A stretch of 64,000 nucleotides of DNA from an uncultured bacterium (lineage in GTDB: Bacteria > Patescibacteriota > Minisyncoccia > UBA6257 > GWB1-50-10): assembly GCA_963722655.1 (NCBI GenBank), contig CAVRNT010000001.1:313808-377807 (forward strand), read 5' to 3'. The first letter of the stretch is position 1; each line of letters opens with the position of its first letter. The notes beneath the pieces are model-generated. The model worked only from the letters and a program-made list of their open reading frames with translations, did no database searches and was not told where the DNA came from. The translations under genes were made by a program, and so were the position numbers. Positions 34,963 through 44,850 of the stretch are shown one piece after another.

Positions 34963-35302
34963 AACGGTTGTACAAACGCAGGGAAGGAAGGAGTGAAAGT
35001 ACTGTGATTCATGCCGTATTGTCGAAAGAGAGAATTTCAAACGGTCAGTCGGTGACGACTGCGTGCGGCGAGCGCATTAAATCCGCGATCACGGAGAAGC
35101 CGACGAAGGATCTTGGTCCTTTGCAGCAAATGCGAGAGTCATGTGCTGGGAGGAAGTAGCCCGGATAGCGGTAAATTCTATCTCGTCAAAGATGAGGAAC
35201 AAATACCGACAGCAACTATCCCAGCGTAAATTCTTGCTGACGCCGTTTCGGTAACAACCCTTAAGCGCACGCCCTTCAATTGAAGGAAACGGCGTTTTTT
35301 AT

Positions 35303-35325
35303 TTGCCCTGAGCCGCGTCGAAGGG
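35303..35325 (-). repeat. Short palindromic element (CCCTTCGAC...GCTCAGGGC family), intergenic copy
   Basis: Reverse complement reads CCCTTCGACGCGGCTCAGGGCAA. Confidence 0.65.
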
Positions 35326-35446
35326 TTTACCTTGAAGTGGTATAATCCAAACGAGCAGGGGAAATCCAGCGCCGTTGACACGAACCGCCCAAAGGGGGAG
35401 TTATTGTCGGAGTTAGAATCTTAGCAAGACTTGCCAAGCCGTCTAA

Positions 35447-35488
35447 TTAGCGCTTGACACCCAAGAGTGCTAATCTATAATTAGCACT
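35447..35488 (+). promoter_or_regulatory. CIRCE operator overlapping the hrcA promoter
   Basis: TTAGCGCTT-N9-GAGTGCTAA (35447-35473) overlapping TTGACA-16-TATAAT; extra half-site TTAGCACT at 35481. Confidence 0.85.
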
Positions 35489-35490
35489 AA

Positions 35491-36174
35491 ATGTTAGGTA
35501 CTCGCACAAGGACGATATTAAAAGCGGCCGTTGAGGACTATATAGAGACCGGTAAACCCCTAACCTCCGAAGGCCTATATGAGGCCCACAATTTCGGCAT
35601 CAAGCCCGCCATGATACGGTGGGAGCTGAACGAACTCAACAAAACCGGCTACCTTTCGCAGAAGCACCCCTCCGGCGGCCGCGTCCCGACGGATAAGGCC
35701 TACAAGTTCCTCATCGAGTCCCTGGAAGGAGAGATCAAGAAGGCCAAGCGGCAGGAGAGGCCGGCTTTTGCCGGCGACATCGCCTCCGGCCATCTTTCCG
35801 ATTTCGTCTCAGCCCTCGCCGGCGAGCTCAATCTTTTGAGCGTCGGCTACGAGGCCGAGCGGGCCGCCTTTTATGAGAGTGGCCTGGACGAGCTTTTGGG
35901 AAATTTGGAAGACACGACCAAAGAAGAAATCGTCTCCATCGTCCGCGATTTCGAGAATCTGCCGGCCCGCCTCGCGGGACTTTCCGGCGAGTGGGAGACG
36001 GAGGAAATGTGGCCGCGGGTCTTCATCGGCCGGAACCCGCTCATCCGGAGCGAGCACGTCGCGATGATCGCGAGCTGCTTCGCCCGGGACGGGGACAAAT
36101 TCTTCGTCCTCGCGGTCGGTCCGAAGAGGATGGACTACGAGAAGTCGCTTAGGATGTTCAAATCTTTAGAATAA
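35491..36174 (+). CDS. hrcA: Heat-inducible transcription repressor HrcA (short)
   Basis: ILKAAVEDYIETGKPLTS, HPSGGRVPTDKAY, GPKRMDY; CIRCE upstream. Confidence 0.9.
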   Translation: MLGTRTRTILKAAVEDYIETGKPLTSEGLYEAHNFGIKPAMIRWELNELNKTGYLSQKHPSGGRVPTDKAYKFLIESLEGEIKKAKRQERPAFAGDIASGHLSDFVSALAGELNLLSVGYEAERAAFYESGLDELLGNLEDTTKEEIVSIVRDFENLPARLAGLSGEWETEEMWPRVFIGRNPLIRSEHVAMIASCFARDGDKFFVLAVGPKRMDYEKSLRMFKSLE

Positions 36175-36176
36175 TT

Positions 36177-36671
36177 ATGGCGGATGAAATAAAAAAAGAA
36201 GAAGAGCAAAAGACGCAGCCGGAAACGGAGATGGAGAAGCTCCAAAAGGAACGCGACGAGTACTTGGATGGTTGGAAACGGGCCAAGGCGGACTTCATCA
36301 ACTACAAGAAGGACGAGGCGGCGCGGCTGGAGCAATTCGTTAAGTTCAGCAACGAGTCGCTCATCTCGGAACTCGTCGTCGTCCTGGACAGTTTTGACCT
36401 GAGCTTGGCGGTCCTCGGAAAGGATGCGGACGCGGTCAAAGGCGTCACTTTGATCAAGAGCCAGTTGGAAGACCTGCTTCGCAAATACGGCCTGGAGCGC
36501 ATAAATTTGAAGGTCGGGGACGCCTATGATCCCGTGAAGGCCGAAGCGGTCGGGGAGGTGGAATCCCAAGCCCCACCCGGAACGATCGGGGAAGTTGTGA
36601 GCGCCGGATACGCGCTCCACGGCAGGACGGTGAGACCGGCAAGGGTTAAATTGGTAAAATTAGTTAATTAG
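36177..36671 (+). CDS. grpE: Nucleotide exchange factor GrpE
   Basis: RAKADFINYKK, YDP...EAV, GY.LHGRTVRPARV. Confidence 0.95.
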   Translation: MADEIKKEEEQKTQPETEMEKLQKERDEYLDGWKRAKADFINYKKDEAARLEQFVKFSNESLISELVVVLDSFDLSLAVLGKDADAVKGVTLIKSQLEDLLRKYGLERINLKVGDAYDPVKAEAVGEVESQAPPGTIGEVVSAGYALHGRTVRPARVKLVKLVN

Positions 36672-36689
36672 AAAAAAATAAACAAACAT

Positions 36690-38534
36690 ATGGCAAAAAT
36701 ATTAGGAATTGACTTGGGTACAACGAACTCGGCGGTGGCCGTGATGGAAGGCGGCGAACCGAAGGTCCTCGAAAACAGCGAAGGAGCCCGCACAACCCCC
36801 TCGATCATCGCGCTTTCCAAATCGGGCGAGCGCCTCGCGGGTCTCCTCGCGAAGCGTCAGGCGGTCGTAAACCCTGCTAACACCATCTATTCGGTCAAGC
36901 GCCTGATCGGCCGCAAGTGGGGCGACCCGGAGGTCCAGCGCGACAAGAAGTGGCTGCCCTACGAGATCAAAGAGAGCGAGACGGGCGGAGTGGATATCAA
37001 GATGGGCGATCGTTGGTACAAGCCGGAGGAGATCTCGGCGATGGTCCTCCAAAAATTGAAGGCCGACGCGGAGGCGAAACTGGGGGAAACGATCACCGAG
37101 GCCGTCATCACGGTCCCAGCCTACTTCGACGACAGTCAAAGGCAGGCGACCAAGAACGCCGGCGAGATCGCCGGTTTCACCGTGAAGCGCATATTGAACG
37201 AGCCAACGGCGGCCGCTTTGGCCTACGGCATGAACAAACAAAAGAACGAGAAGATCTGCGTCTACGACTTCGGAGGCGGGACCTTCGACATCTCCATCTT
37301 GGAGGTCGGGGACGACACCGTGGAGGTCAAGGCGACGGGCGGCGACACGCACCTCGGCGGAGACGACTTTGACCGGACGATTATCGAGTACCTCGTCGCG
37401 GAGTACAAGAAGCAGGAAGGCATAGACATTTCCAAAGACACGCTCGCGCTCCAGCGCCTCAAAGAGGCGGCCGAGCGGGCGAAGCACGAACTCTCGTCCG
37501 CGACCGAAACCGAGATCAATTTGCCGTACATTACATCTGACGCCGCCGGCCCGAAGCATTTCCTGATGAAGCTCACGCGGGCGAAGTTGGAATCGCTCGT
37601 CCAGGAATACATTGATCACTCCATCGACCTTGTGAAGACCGCCGTCACGGCGGCGGCCCCCAAGGGTGCAGGACTGAAGCTTAGTGACATCAACGAGGTT
37701 CTCCTCGTCGGCGGCCAGACGAGGATGCCGGCCATCCAGGAAGCGGTGAAGAAACTTTTCGGCAAGGAGCCGCATCAAGGCATCAACCCGGACGAGGTGG
37801 TCGCGGTGGGCGCCGCCATCCAGGCCGGAGTGCTTCAGGGCGACGTCAAGGACATCTTGCTATTGGACGTGACGCCGCTCACGCTCTCCATCGAAACCCT
37901 CGGAGGGGTCGCGACGCCGATGATCCAAAAGAACACCACCGTGCCGACGGCCAAGACCCAGGTCTTCTCGACGGCCGCCGACAGCCAGTCCTCCGTCGAG
38001 ATCCACGTCGGCCAGGGGGAGCGGACACTCATGCAAGACAACAAGACATTGGCGCGCTTCATCTTGGACGGCATTCCGCCCGCGCCGCGGGGGATGCCGC
38101 AGATCGAGGTGACCTTCGACATCGACGCGAACGGCATCTTGACCGTGAAAGCCAAAGACAAAGGGACGGGCAAGGAGCAGTCGGTGAAGATCGAGGCCTC
38201 GACAGCCTTGAGCAAGGACGAGATCGAGCGCCTCAAGAAGGAGGCGGCCGAGCACGCCGAAGAGGACAAGCAGAAGCGCGAAGCGATCGACGTCAAAAAT
38301 GGTGCCGAGTCCTTGGTCTACGTCGCCGAGAAGGCCTTGAAGGACGGCGGCGAGAAGGTGCCGGCGGAGGTCAAGACCGACGTTGAGCAAAAGATCGCGC
38401 GTCTCAAGGAGGTGAAGGACAAGGACAACCTCGGAGCGATCAAGACCGCGACCGAGGAACTTTCAACCGCGCTTCAAAAGATCGGTGAGGCCGTCTATAA
38501 TAAAAAGGACGATGCCAGCCCTGCAGGTAATTAG
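36690..38534 (+). CDS. dnaK: Chaperone DnaK
   Basis: [49 protein letters not shown]. Confidence 0.98.
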   Translation: MAKILGIDLGTTNSAVAVMEGGEPKVLENSEGARTTPSIIALSKSGERLAGLLAKRQAVVNPANTIYSVKRLIGRKWGDPEVQRDKKWLPYEIKESETGGVDIKMGDRWYKPEEISAMVLQKLKADAEAKLGETITEAVITVPAYFDDSQRQATKNAGEIAGFTVKRILNEPTAAALAYGMNKQKNEKICVYDFGGGTFDISILEVGDDTVEVKATGGDTHLGGDDFDRTIIEYLVAEYKKQEGIDISKDTLALQRLKEAAERAKHELSSATETEINLPYITSDAAGPKHFLMKLTRAKLESLVQEYIDHSIDLVKTAVTAAAPKGAGLKLSDINEVLLVGGQTRMPAIQEAVKKLFGKEPHQGINPDEVVAVGAAIQAGVLQGDVKDILLLDVTPLTLSIETLGGVATPMIQKNTTVPTAKTQVFSTAADSQSSVEIHVGQGERTLMQDNKTLARFILDGIPPAPRGMPQIEVTFDIDANGILTVKAKDKGTGKEQSVKIEASTALSKDEIERLKKEAAEHAEEDKQKREAIDVKNGAESLVYVAEKALKDGGEKVPAEVKTDVEQKIARLKEVKDKDNLGAIKTATEELSTALQKIGEAVYNKKDDASPAGN

Positions 38535-39555
38535 CGAATCTCAGGAACCGGAAGCGGACCTCAAGATCTGGAAAGTGCTCCTTTGGGGAGCGCTCTCCAT
38601 CGGGGCCGGTTTCATTTTCGTAGCGAGCTTCGAGCGGTGGCTCCTTAGCTTCAACAGCTTCTACTTCTGGAGCCTGGTCGTGAGCGCCATCGTCTTTTGG
38701 TCGTTCGCGACGCTCCAGGTCTTCTTCGTGAAAGGTTTGGGCAAGCTCGCTTTGATAACGTTTTTGGAGTGCGTCGCGCCCCTCGGGCTCTTTTTCGCGC
38801 GCGTCTATCCCGCGCCGTCCTACGTTCTTTTGGGCGGGGCCGCGGCGGCCTTCCTCCTGGCCTTCTTGGCTATCCGGCGCGGCCGGTCTTTCGCGGGGAA
38901 CAGCGTTGAACTCCGCTTCGTCGACGTGGCTAAGGTCTTTTTGCCGCGCTTTGTGGCGGCCTGGCTGATATTTTTGAGCGTCCTCTTTTATTTGAGCTAT
39001 TTTACCTGGGGTTACTTTTCGCCGAACCTCAAGACCGCCTTTTTGGACAACACCATCTCCGCCGCCGCGCCGGTCCTCAAGATCTGGATCCCGGGCTTTT
39101 CGCTCGACGCTTCGGTCCACGACTTCCTCCAAACCCTCGCCCTCTCCGAACTCTCGGCCGGAAAGTACAATCCGATCGGCGTAAGCGACCAGAACTTCAC
39201 CGTCTACTTCTCCCAGCTTTCCAAGGCCCAGCAGACGGAGCTCTTGGATGCGGCGACCAAGCAATTGGAACAAACCGCCACCGCCCGTTTCGGCACCTTC
39301 GACCCCAACGAATCGATGCTCCAGTTCACCGATAACCTCGTGACCGTCTATTTCGCGAACTTCATCGACCGGACGGGCTGGCTCACGCCGGTCCTCATCG
39401 CGGCGGCCGTCTTCTTTATCTTCAAAGGGATCGTCGCGCTCTTCTACTGGCTGATCGCCTTGGTGGCCTTCATCCTCTTCAAGCTTCTCATCGTGCTGGG
39501 CTTCGCGAGGACGAGCATCGAATCGCGGAGCCGCGAGTTCGTATTGCTAGGGTAG
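38512..39555 (+). CDS. Multi-TM hypothetical membrane protein
   Basis: Five N-terminal TMs, soluble loop, C-terminal TMs; lies between dnaK and dnaJ; start uncertain. Confidence 0.75.
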   Translation: MPALQVISESQEPEADLKIWKVLLWGALSIGAGFIFVASFERWLLSFNSFYFWSLVVSAIVFWSFATLQVFFVKGLGKLALITFLECVAPLGLFFARVYPAPSYVLLGGAAAAFLLAFLAIRRGRSFAGNSVELRFVDVAKVFLPRFVAAWLIFLSVLFYLSYFTWGYFSPNLKTAFLDNTISAAAPVLKIWIPGFSLDASVHDFLQTLALSELSAGKYNPIGVSDQNFTVYFSQLSKAQQTELLDAATKQLEQTATARFGTFDPNESMLQFTDNLVTVYFANFIDRTGWLTPVLIAAAVFFIFKGIVALFYWLIALVAFILFKLLIVLGFARTSIESRSREFVLLG

Positions 39556-39568
39556 TTGGGAATATCCC

Positions 39569-40681
39569 ATGAACAAGGATTATTACAGCGTCCTCGGGGT
39601 CGAGAAGACCGCCTCGGAGGATGAGATCAAAAAGGCCTTTCGCAAGCTCGCTCACCAGTACCATCCGGACAAGTCCGGCGGCGACGATAAGAAGTTTAAG
39701 GAGATCAACGAGGCCTATCAGGTCCTTTCGAACAAAGAGAAGCGGGCGCAGTACGACCGCTTCGGCCAAGCGTTTTCCGCCGGAGGCGGACCCGCCTATG
39801 GCGGGGAAGGCTTCCCGGGCGGTTTTGATTTTGGAAATTTTCCGGGCGGTTTCCCGGGCGGGATGAATTGGGAAACCGGCGGCGCCCAGGATTTCAGCGA
39901 CATCTTCGAGAGCTTTTTCGAACAGTTCGGCGGCGGACGGCGGAAGACCTATGCTCAAGGGAACGACATCGAGGTCATCCAGGAAATAACGCTCGAAGAA
40001 GTCCTCTCCGGCGTTTCGCGGCACCTCGGGCTCAAAACCTACGTGCCGTGCAACGTTTGCCACGGTCTGGGGTACGATAAAAAGCAGGGCGTTTCGCAAT
40101 GCGCTACCTGCCGCGGCCGCGGCGAGATCAAGGTGGAGCGCCGCACCTTCTTTGGCAACTTCGCCCAAGTGAAGGCCTGCCCGGAATGCGGCGGGAGCGG
40201 CGAGGTGCCCAAAGCGCCTTGCCCCGAGTGCAAAGGCAAGGGGCGCGTCATCGGCCGTAAGGAGATAACGGTCCAGATCGCGCCGGGCATCGAAGACGGG
40301 CAGATCATCAAGATCGCGGGTGCGGGCGAAGCGGGCGAGAAGAGCGGCGGGAGTGGCGACCTCTACGTCGTCGTGCGGGTGAAACCCCACCCAGTCTTCA
40401 AACGCCAAAAGGCGGACCTTTATGCGACGGCGGGCGTGAACATCTTGGACGCGCTCATCGGGAAGGAGATCGTGATCGAGGGACTCGGAGGCGAGAAGCT
40501 CCGGGTGGAGATACCGCGCGGCTTCGCGCTCCAAGAGAAAATAAGGGTCCCCGGCAAGGGACTGCCGCACTTCGGCGGCGGCGCCCGGGGGGACGTTTAC
40601 GTAACGCTTGACGTGCGCTTGCCGAAGCATCTCTCGGAAAAGGCGAAAAAATTGCTCAAGGACTTGGAGGGGGAGATATGA
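39569..40681 (+). CDS. dnaJ: Chaperone DnaJ
   Basis: J-domain HPD, G/F region, four CxxCxGxG repeats. Confidence 0.96.
   Translation: MNKDYYSVLGVEKTASEDEIKKAFRKLAHQYHPDKSGGDDKKFKEINEAYQVLSNKEKRAQYDRFGQAFSAGGGPAYGGEGFPGGFDFGNFPGGFPGGMNWETGGAQDFSDIFESFFEQFGGGRRKTYAQGNDIEVIQEITLEEVLSGVSRHLGLKTYVPCNVCHGLGYDKKQGVSQCATCRGRGEIKVERRTFFGNFAQVKACPECGGSGEVPKAPCPECKGKGRVIGRKEITVQIAPGIEDGQIIKIAGAGEAGEKSGGSGDLYVVVRVKPHPVFKRQKADLYATAGVNILDALIGKEIVIEGLGGEKLRVEIPRGFALQEKIRVPGKGLPHFGGGARGDVYVTLDVRLPKHLSEKAKKLLKDLEGEI
39776..39805. repeat. Twin CCGCC-NNN-GGCGG hairpin element in frame within dnaJ
   Basis: TCCGCC-GGA-GGCGGA CCCGCC-TAT-GGCGGG encoding SAGGGPAYGG; single unit also at 49921. Confidence 0.55.
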
Positions 40682-42021
40682 AGCAATTGGGTTTTGAGAA
40701 CATAGAGGAAAAAGCGGCCGCGGTGCCGAAGCCGAGGGCCAAGCGCAAGAAACAGATAGCGACGGATAATAAGCGGATATTAACGGATATTGGACGGATA
40801 GGAACAGATAGCACGGATAAAAAGAAGATCTGGAAGGTCGGAGAGTTCCTGGACTACTGGAACGAGGTCTTCAAGGCGCAAACCTTTACGGTCGAGGGGG
40901 AGGTGAGCGGTCTCCACGACCATCCGACCGGGCTTTATTTCTCTTTGAAGGACAAGGAGGACGGCGGCGTCTTGGATTGCTACATGAACCCGTACCTTTA
41001 CCGCCGCCTCGGCTTCACCTTGGAGGACGGCCTTTTGGTCCAAGCGACCGGCGCCGCCAACATCTACAAGCAAAAGGGGCGCTTCAGTTTCCGCGTCGAG
41101 ACCGTCACCTTGAGCGGCGAGGGCTCCTTGAAGCGCGCCTATGAGCTTTTAAAGAAAAAATTGGAGGCGGAGGGACTTTTCGCCCGCAAGCGGCCACTCC
41201 CGGAGTTCATTGGACGGGTGGGCGTCGTCACTTCGCGGACGGGCGCGGTCATCGACGATTTTAGGAAGAATCTCAAACCTCTCGGCCTCAAGCTATTCTT
41301 CAAGGACGTACGGGTCGAGGGCGCGGCCGCGGCGGACCAGATCGTCGAAGCCATATCGCTTTTGAACCGGACGGTGCCGGAACTGGATGTCATCGTGCTC
41401 ATCCGCGGCGGCGGGAGCTTGGAAGACCTGCAACCTTTCAACAACGAGAACGTCGCCCGGGCCATCTTCGCCTCGGCCGTGCCCGTGATCGCGGGGATAG
41501 GCCACGACCGCGACGTGCCGATCGCATCGCTTGCCGCCGACCGCGAGACCTCCACGCCATCGATCGCCGCCTTGGTCATCAACTCATCTTGGGACCGGGC
41601 CTTCGCCCGTTTGCCCATCGCCGAGCGGACGCTCGTCGCCGATTTTGACGGTTTGTTAGTTGGCCTTCGGTCTACGATAGCGCTCTCGGCCGAAAAGATC
41701 GTCGGCCGCCTCAGCAGCATCATCACGCGGTACCGGGCGATGGCGTGGACGCTCAACGAAAAGTTCTCCCTCGCGCTCGACGAGGCCGTGAAGCGGGTGA
41801 CGGTCATCGAGAAAAGCTTGGCGCTCGTGAACCCCGAGCGGAACCTCCGTTTGGGATACAGTTTGGTCTTCAACGAAAACGGCCGGGTCGTTCGCGACGC
41901 CGGGGACCTCAAAGAAGGAGAGACCATTCGGACGCGGATGCACCGGGGAGAGGTGGAGAGCCGGGTCGCAAAAATACTCAAAACGTGGGAAAATAGGGAA
42001 AATGGAAAAGCCAAAGAATAA
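40678..42021 (+). CDS. xseA: Exodeoxyribonuclease VII large subunit
   Basis: VEGEVSG, YFSLKD, GVVTSRTGAVIDD, IRGGGSLEDL, GIGHDRD, TPS. Confidence 0.93.
   Translation: MKQLGFENIEEKAAAVPKPRAKRKKQIATDNKRILTDIGRIGTDSTDKKKIWKVGEFLDYWNEVFKAQTFTVEGEVSGLHDHPTGLYFSLKDKEDGGVLDCYMNPYLYRRLGFTLEDGLLVQATGAANIYKQKGRFSFRVETVTLSGEGSLKRAYELLKKKLEAEGLFARKRPLPEFIGRVGVVTSRTGAVIDDFRKNLKPLGLKLFFKDVRVEGAAAADQIVEAISLLNRTVPELDVIVLIRGGGSLEDLQPFNNENVARAIFASAVPVIAGIGHDRDVPIASLAADRETSTPSIAALVINSSWDRAFARLPIAERTLVADFDGLLVGLRSTIALSAEKIVGRLSSIITRYRAMAWTLNEKFSLALDEAVKRVTVIEKSLALVNPERNLRLGYSLVFNENGRVVRDAGDLKEGETIRTRMHRGEVESRVAKILKTWENRENGKAKE
40752..40819 (+). repeat. Seven RCRGATA direct repeats at 9-11 nt spacing inside the xseA 5' region
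   Basis: ACAGATA/ACGGATA/GCGGATA at 40752, 40762, 40773, 40783, 40794, 40804, 40813. Confidence 0.75.
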
Positions 42022-42223
42022 AAAGGAAAAGGGGAAAATCTCGGCCGAGCTCGGCCGGCTCGAAGCCATCGTCCAATGGTTCGAAGGTCAAGAGGCGGTG
42101 GACATGGAGGAAGGCCTCACGAAGGTGCGGGAAGGCGCCGCTTTGATCAAGGACCTCAAGGCCCGGCTCAAGTCCGTTCAGAATGATTTTCAGGAGATTA
42201 AGAAGGACCTGACGGAAGAATGA
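42002..42223 (+). CDS. xseB: Exodeoxyribonuclease VII small subunit
   Basis: LEAIVQWFE...DMEEGL...G; follows xseA. Confidence 0.85.
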   Translation: MEKPKNKKEKGKISAELGRLEAIVQWFEGQEAVDMEEGLTKVREGAALIKDLKARLKSVQNDFQEIKKDLTEE

Positions 42224-42576
42224 TGGAAGAGAATATTGTCAGTTTCGATGATTTCAAGAAGCTCGACCTGCGCGTCGGGCGCGTGACGCTCGCCGAGCGC
42301 GTGCCGGGTTCCGAGAAGCTCCTGCGCTTGGAGGTGGAAATGGGCAGCGACCCTTCGACTGGCTCGGGGCAGGGAAAACGGCAGATTATCGCCGGCATCG
42401 GTACGGTCTATGAGCCTGGTTCCCTCATCGGCCGGGAGATCGTGGTTGTGGCTAACCTCGCTCCGCGGAAGCTTTTGGGTTTGGAAAGCCAAGGGATGCT
42501 CCTTGCGGCCTCGGACGAAGGCCCGGCACTCCTCACGCCCGACAGGACGGTGCCGCCAGGAAGCAAGATATCGTAG
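42220..42576 (+). CDS. tRNA-binding OB-fold protein (MetRS C-terminal/Trbp111/CsaA-like)
   Basis: FDDFKKLDLRVG, SEKLL, RQIIAGI, NLAPRKLLGLESQGMLLAA. Confidence 0.9.
   Translation: MMEENIVSFDDFKKLDLRVGRVTLAERVPGSEKLLRLEVEMGSDPSTGSGQGKRQIIAGIGTVYEPGSLIGREIVVVANLAPRKLLGLESQGMLLAASDEGPALLTPDRTVPPGSKIS
42351..42373 (+). repeat. Short palindromic element in frame within the tRNA-binding protein
   Basis: CCCTTCGACTGGCTCGGGGCAGG encoding PSTGSGQ. Confidence 0.7.
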
Positions 42577-43437
42577 ATGTCTCCCAAAATAGGCGCTCAC
42601 GTTTCGTCTGCCGGCGGTCTCCATAAGGCCTTCGAAAGGGCAGAGGCGATAGGTGCCAACTGCATCCAGGTCTTCGGCTCCACGCCGCGCTCTTTTCGAG
42701 TTCTCTTCCCGAACCGGTCCGAAGTCGAGCTTTTCAAAAAGATGCGCAAGGAAAGTGGCATCGGCCCGGTCTATCTCCATGCGCCGTATCTCATCAATCT
42801 CGTGACGCCCGAGAGCGGCTTGCTCAAAAGATCCATTGGGCTGCTCGCCGCTCATTTCAAGATCGCCGAAATGATCGGCGCGGAGGGGATCATCTTCCAC
42901 ATCGGTTCCACGCTCGGAAAACTTTCTGCGTTAGAGGCCGAGCGCCAGGTGGCCGCGGCGATGAGAACTATTTTGAAAAAAATCCCCGGCAAGAGTCGCC
43001 TCGTCATCGAGAACGCCTCCGGCGGGGGAGGGAAGGTCGGAGTGACGCCGGAGGAGATCGGTCGGATAATGAAGCTCATCGGTTCGCCGCGCGTGAAGGT
43101 CTGCGTGGACACGGCCCACGCCTTCGAGGCGGGGCTCATCGAGAGATACGCTCCGGCGGAGATCGAGAGATTCACGAAGGAATGGTCTCGGACCGTGGGG
43201 ATGGCGAACGTCGTCGCGATCCATGCGAACGATTCCAAAACTCCTTTCAACTCCAAGAGCGACCGGCATGAGAACATCGGCGCGGGCCACATCGGCCTTC
43301 AGGGCTTCAAGGCGCTCGCTAGAGAAAAAGCGTGGCGCGACGAACCCTGGTTCCTCGAAGTGCCGGGTTTCAAGGGCGAGGGAGTGGACAAGAAGAATGT
43401 GGATATCTTGAAAAGATGTTTTGATGGTCTAAAATGA
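42577..43437 (+). CDS. nfo: Endonuclease IV
   Basis: IGAHVS, HAPYLINL, FHIGS, IENASG, DTAH, HANDSK, DRHENIG. Confidence 0.94.
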   Translation: MSPKIGAHVSSAGGLHKAFERAEAIGANCIQVFGSTPRSFRVLFPNRSEVELFKKMRKESGIGPVYLHAPYLINLVTPESGLLKRSIGLLAAHFKIAEMIGAEGIIFHIGSTLGKLSALEAERQVAAAMRTILKKIPGKSRLVIENASGGGGKVGVTPEEIGRIMKLIGSPRVKVCVDTAHAFEAGLIERYAPAEIERFTKEWSRTVGMANVVAIHANDSKTPFNSKSDRHENIGAGHIGLQGFKALAREKAWRDEPWFLEVPGFKGEGVDKKNVDILKRCFDGLK

Positions 43438-43742
43438 CCCCGATGAGCAAGACCTCCATCGTCATCTTCAGCATTTTGGAAAAGGTACTCCTTTTCGTGG
43501 AATGGATCTTGGCCATTCGATTCACCTTGCGGATCTTGGGGGCGAGCGAAGTGGCTTGGATCGTTCGGGTCTTCTATGACGTGAGCTATTTCCTCATCGC
43601 CCCCTTCCAGGGGATCTTCCCGGATTGGAAGATCGGGGCCGGGATGGTCGTGGACTTCGTGACCGTTTCGGCCATCGTCGCCTACGCTATCGTCTATTTC
43701 GTCATCCACAACGTCTACTTCCACCAAAAGAAGGGGAAGTGA
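43434..43742 (+). CDS. YggT-like small membrane protein
   Basis: RFTLRILGA...YDVS..LIAPFQGIF. Confidence 0.7.
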   Translation: MTPMSKTSIVIFSILEKVLLFVEWILAIRFTLRILGASEVAWIVRVFYDVSYFLIAPFQGIFPDWKIGAGMVVDFVTVSAIVAYAIVYFVIHNVYFHQKKGK

Positions 43743-43752
43743 TAGGTATTTG

Positions 43753-43836
43753 TGCCCGGGGCGGGGGTCGAACCCGCATGACCTTGCGATCACAGGATTT
43801 TGAGTCCTGTGCGTCTGCCAATTCCGCCACCCGGGC
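43753..43836 (-). tRNA. tRNA-Leu(CAA)
   Basis: GCCCGGG acceptor, CAGGA-CTCAAAA-TCCTG anticodon arm, long variable arm, GGTTCGAC T-loop; CCA not encoded. Confidence 0.95.
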
Positions 43837-43882
43837 GGATTTTTGTTGAGAATAACACGAAAAAAAGGTATAGTAAACATGG

Positions 43883-44683
43883 ATGGCCCGCATCATATCG
43901 GTCTGCAACCAAAAAGGGGGGGTTGGGAAGACGACCACCTCCATCAATTTGGCCTCTTATCTCGCGATGCTCGGGAAGAAGGTCCTCCTCGTGGACTTCG
44001 ACCCGCAATACAACGCGACGGTTTGCCTCGGCGTTCGGCACGAGGCGGACGAGACGATTTATCACGCGCTCCTCGCGGGCCTCGCGCCCGAGAAGGCGAT
44101 CAAGAACACCTACCTCGCAAATTTGGAGATGGTGCCGGCTTCGCCCGACCTCGCGGGCGCTTTGGTGGAGCTCGTGGAACTGCCGGAGCGGGAATGGTAC
44201 CTCAAGAACTTCTTGGAGAAAGTCCGCGGCTGGTACGACTTCATCTTCATCGATCTTGGACCGAGCTTGAACCTCCTCACGGTGAACGGCCTCGCCGCCT
44301 CAGACGAAGTGCTCGTTCCCATCCAGTGCGAATACTTGAGCTTGGAGGGACTCAGTCAACTTCTCCAGACGATGGACCTCATCAAGAACAATTTGGGCCA
44401 CGACATCAAGTCGGTCTCCGCGCTCCTTACGATGTACGACAAGCGCGAGAAGCTTTCCCGCGAGATCGCCCGCGAGGTGCGCCGCCGTTTTCCATACAAG
44501 GTCTTCGAAGCAGAAATCCCGCGCTCGGTCGCCCTCGCCGAGGCCCCCAGTTTCCAGAAACCGATAATGCTCTATGCCCCCCAGAGCCCCGGCGCCCTGG
44601 CCTACGAGAATCTAGCCAGGGAAATAATTGGCGGACCGATTTCCCCAAGTTATCCGACGGGGGCTTTTGACGCGCTACCCTAG
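43883..44683 (+). CDS. parA: Chromosome partitioning ATPase ParA/Soj
   Basis: NQKGGVGKTTT, DFDPQYNAT, PIQCEY.SLEG, LAEAPS. Confidence 0.95.
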   Translation: MARIISVCNQKGGVGKTTTSINLASYLAMLGKKVLLVDFDPQYNATVCLGVRHEADETIYHALLAGLAPEKAIKNTYLANLEMVPASPDLAGALVELVELPEREWYLKNFLEKVRGWYDFIFIDLGPSLNLLTVNGLAASDEVLVPIQCEYLSLEGLSQLLQTMDLIKNNLGHDIKSVSALLTMYDKREKLSREIAREVRRRFPYKVFEAEIPRSVALAEAPSFQKPIMLYAPQSPGALAYENLAREIIGGPISPSYPTGAFDALP

Positions 44684-44694
44684 GATGCTATAAT
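44667..44694 (+). promoter_or_regulatory. Near-consensus sigma70 promoter at the end of parA
   Basis: TTGACG-16 nt-TATAAT with TG extension. Confidence 0.75.
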
Positions 44695-44701
44695 CCAAAA
44701 C

Positions 44702-44850
44702 GGTTCCTGTTGAGCCGAGGTGCGTCGATCTTTCGCGGTATACACTGCAGTTACATCACGGAGGGGCGGCGTATCTTGATGAGACAGCGAGCTACACAGC
44801 AGCTGTGTTTCTAAAGCAGAGGTAGGCGAGACCGACTGCTTGCGCCTTAA
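44702..44850 (+). ncRNA. Unassigned structured RNA or leader between parA and parB
   Basis: G-U-rich long hairpin 44702-44793 starting at the predicted TSS, then AAGCAG/CUGCUU hairpin; no credible ORF. Confidence 0.5.

Noticed and set aside
34968-35159. 63-aa ORF after the 34717 gene
   Set aside because: It has a weak start context and no recognisable motif, so it cannot be supported as a gene.
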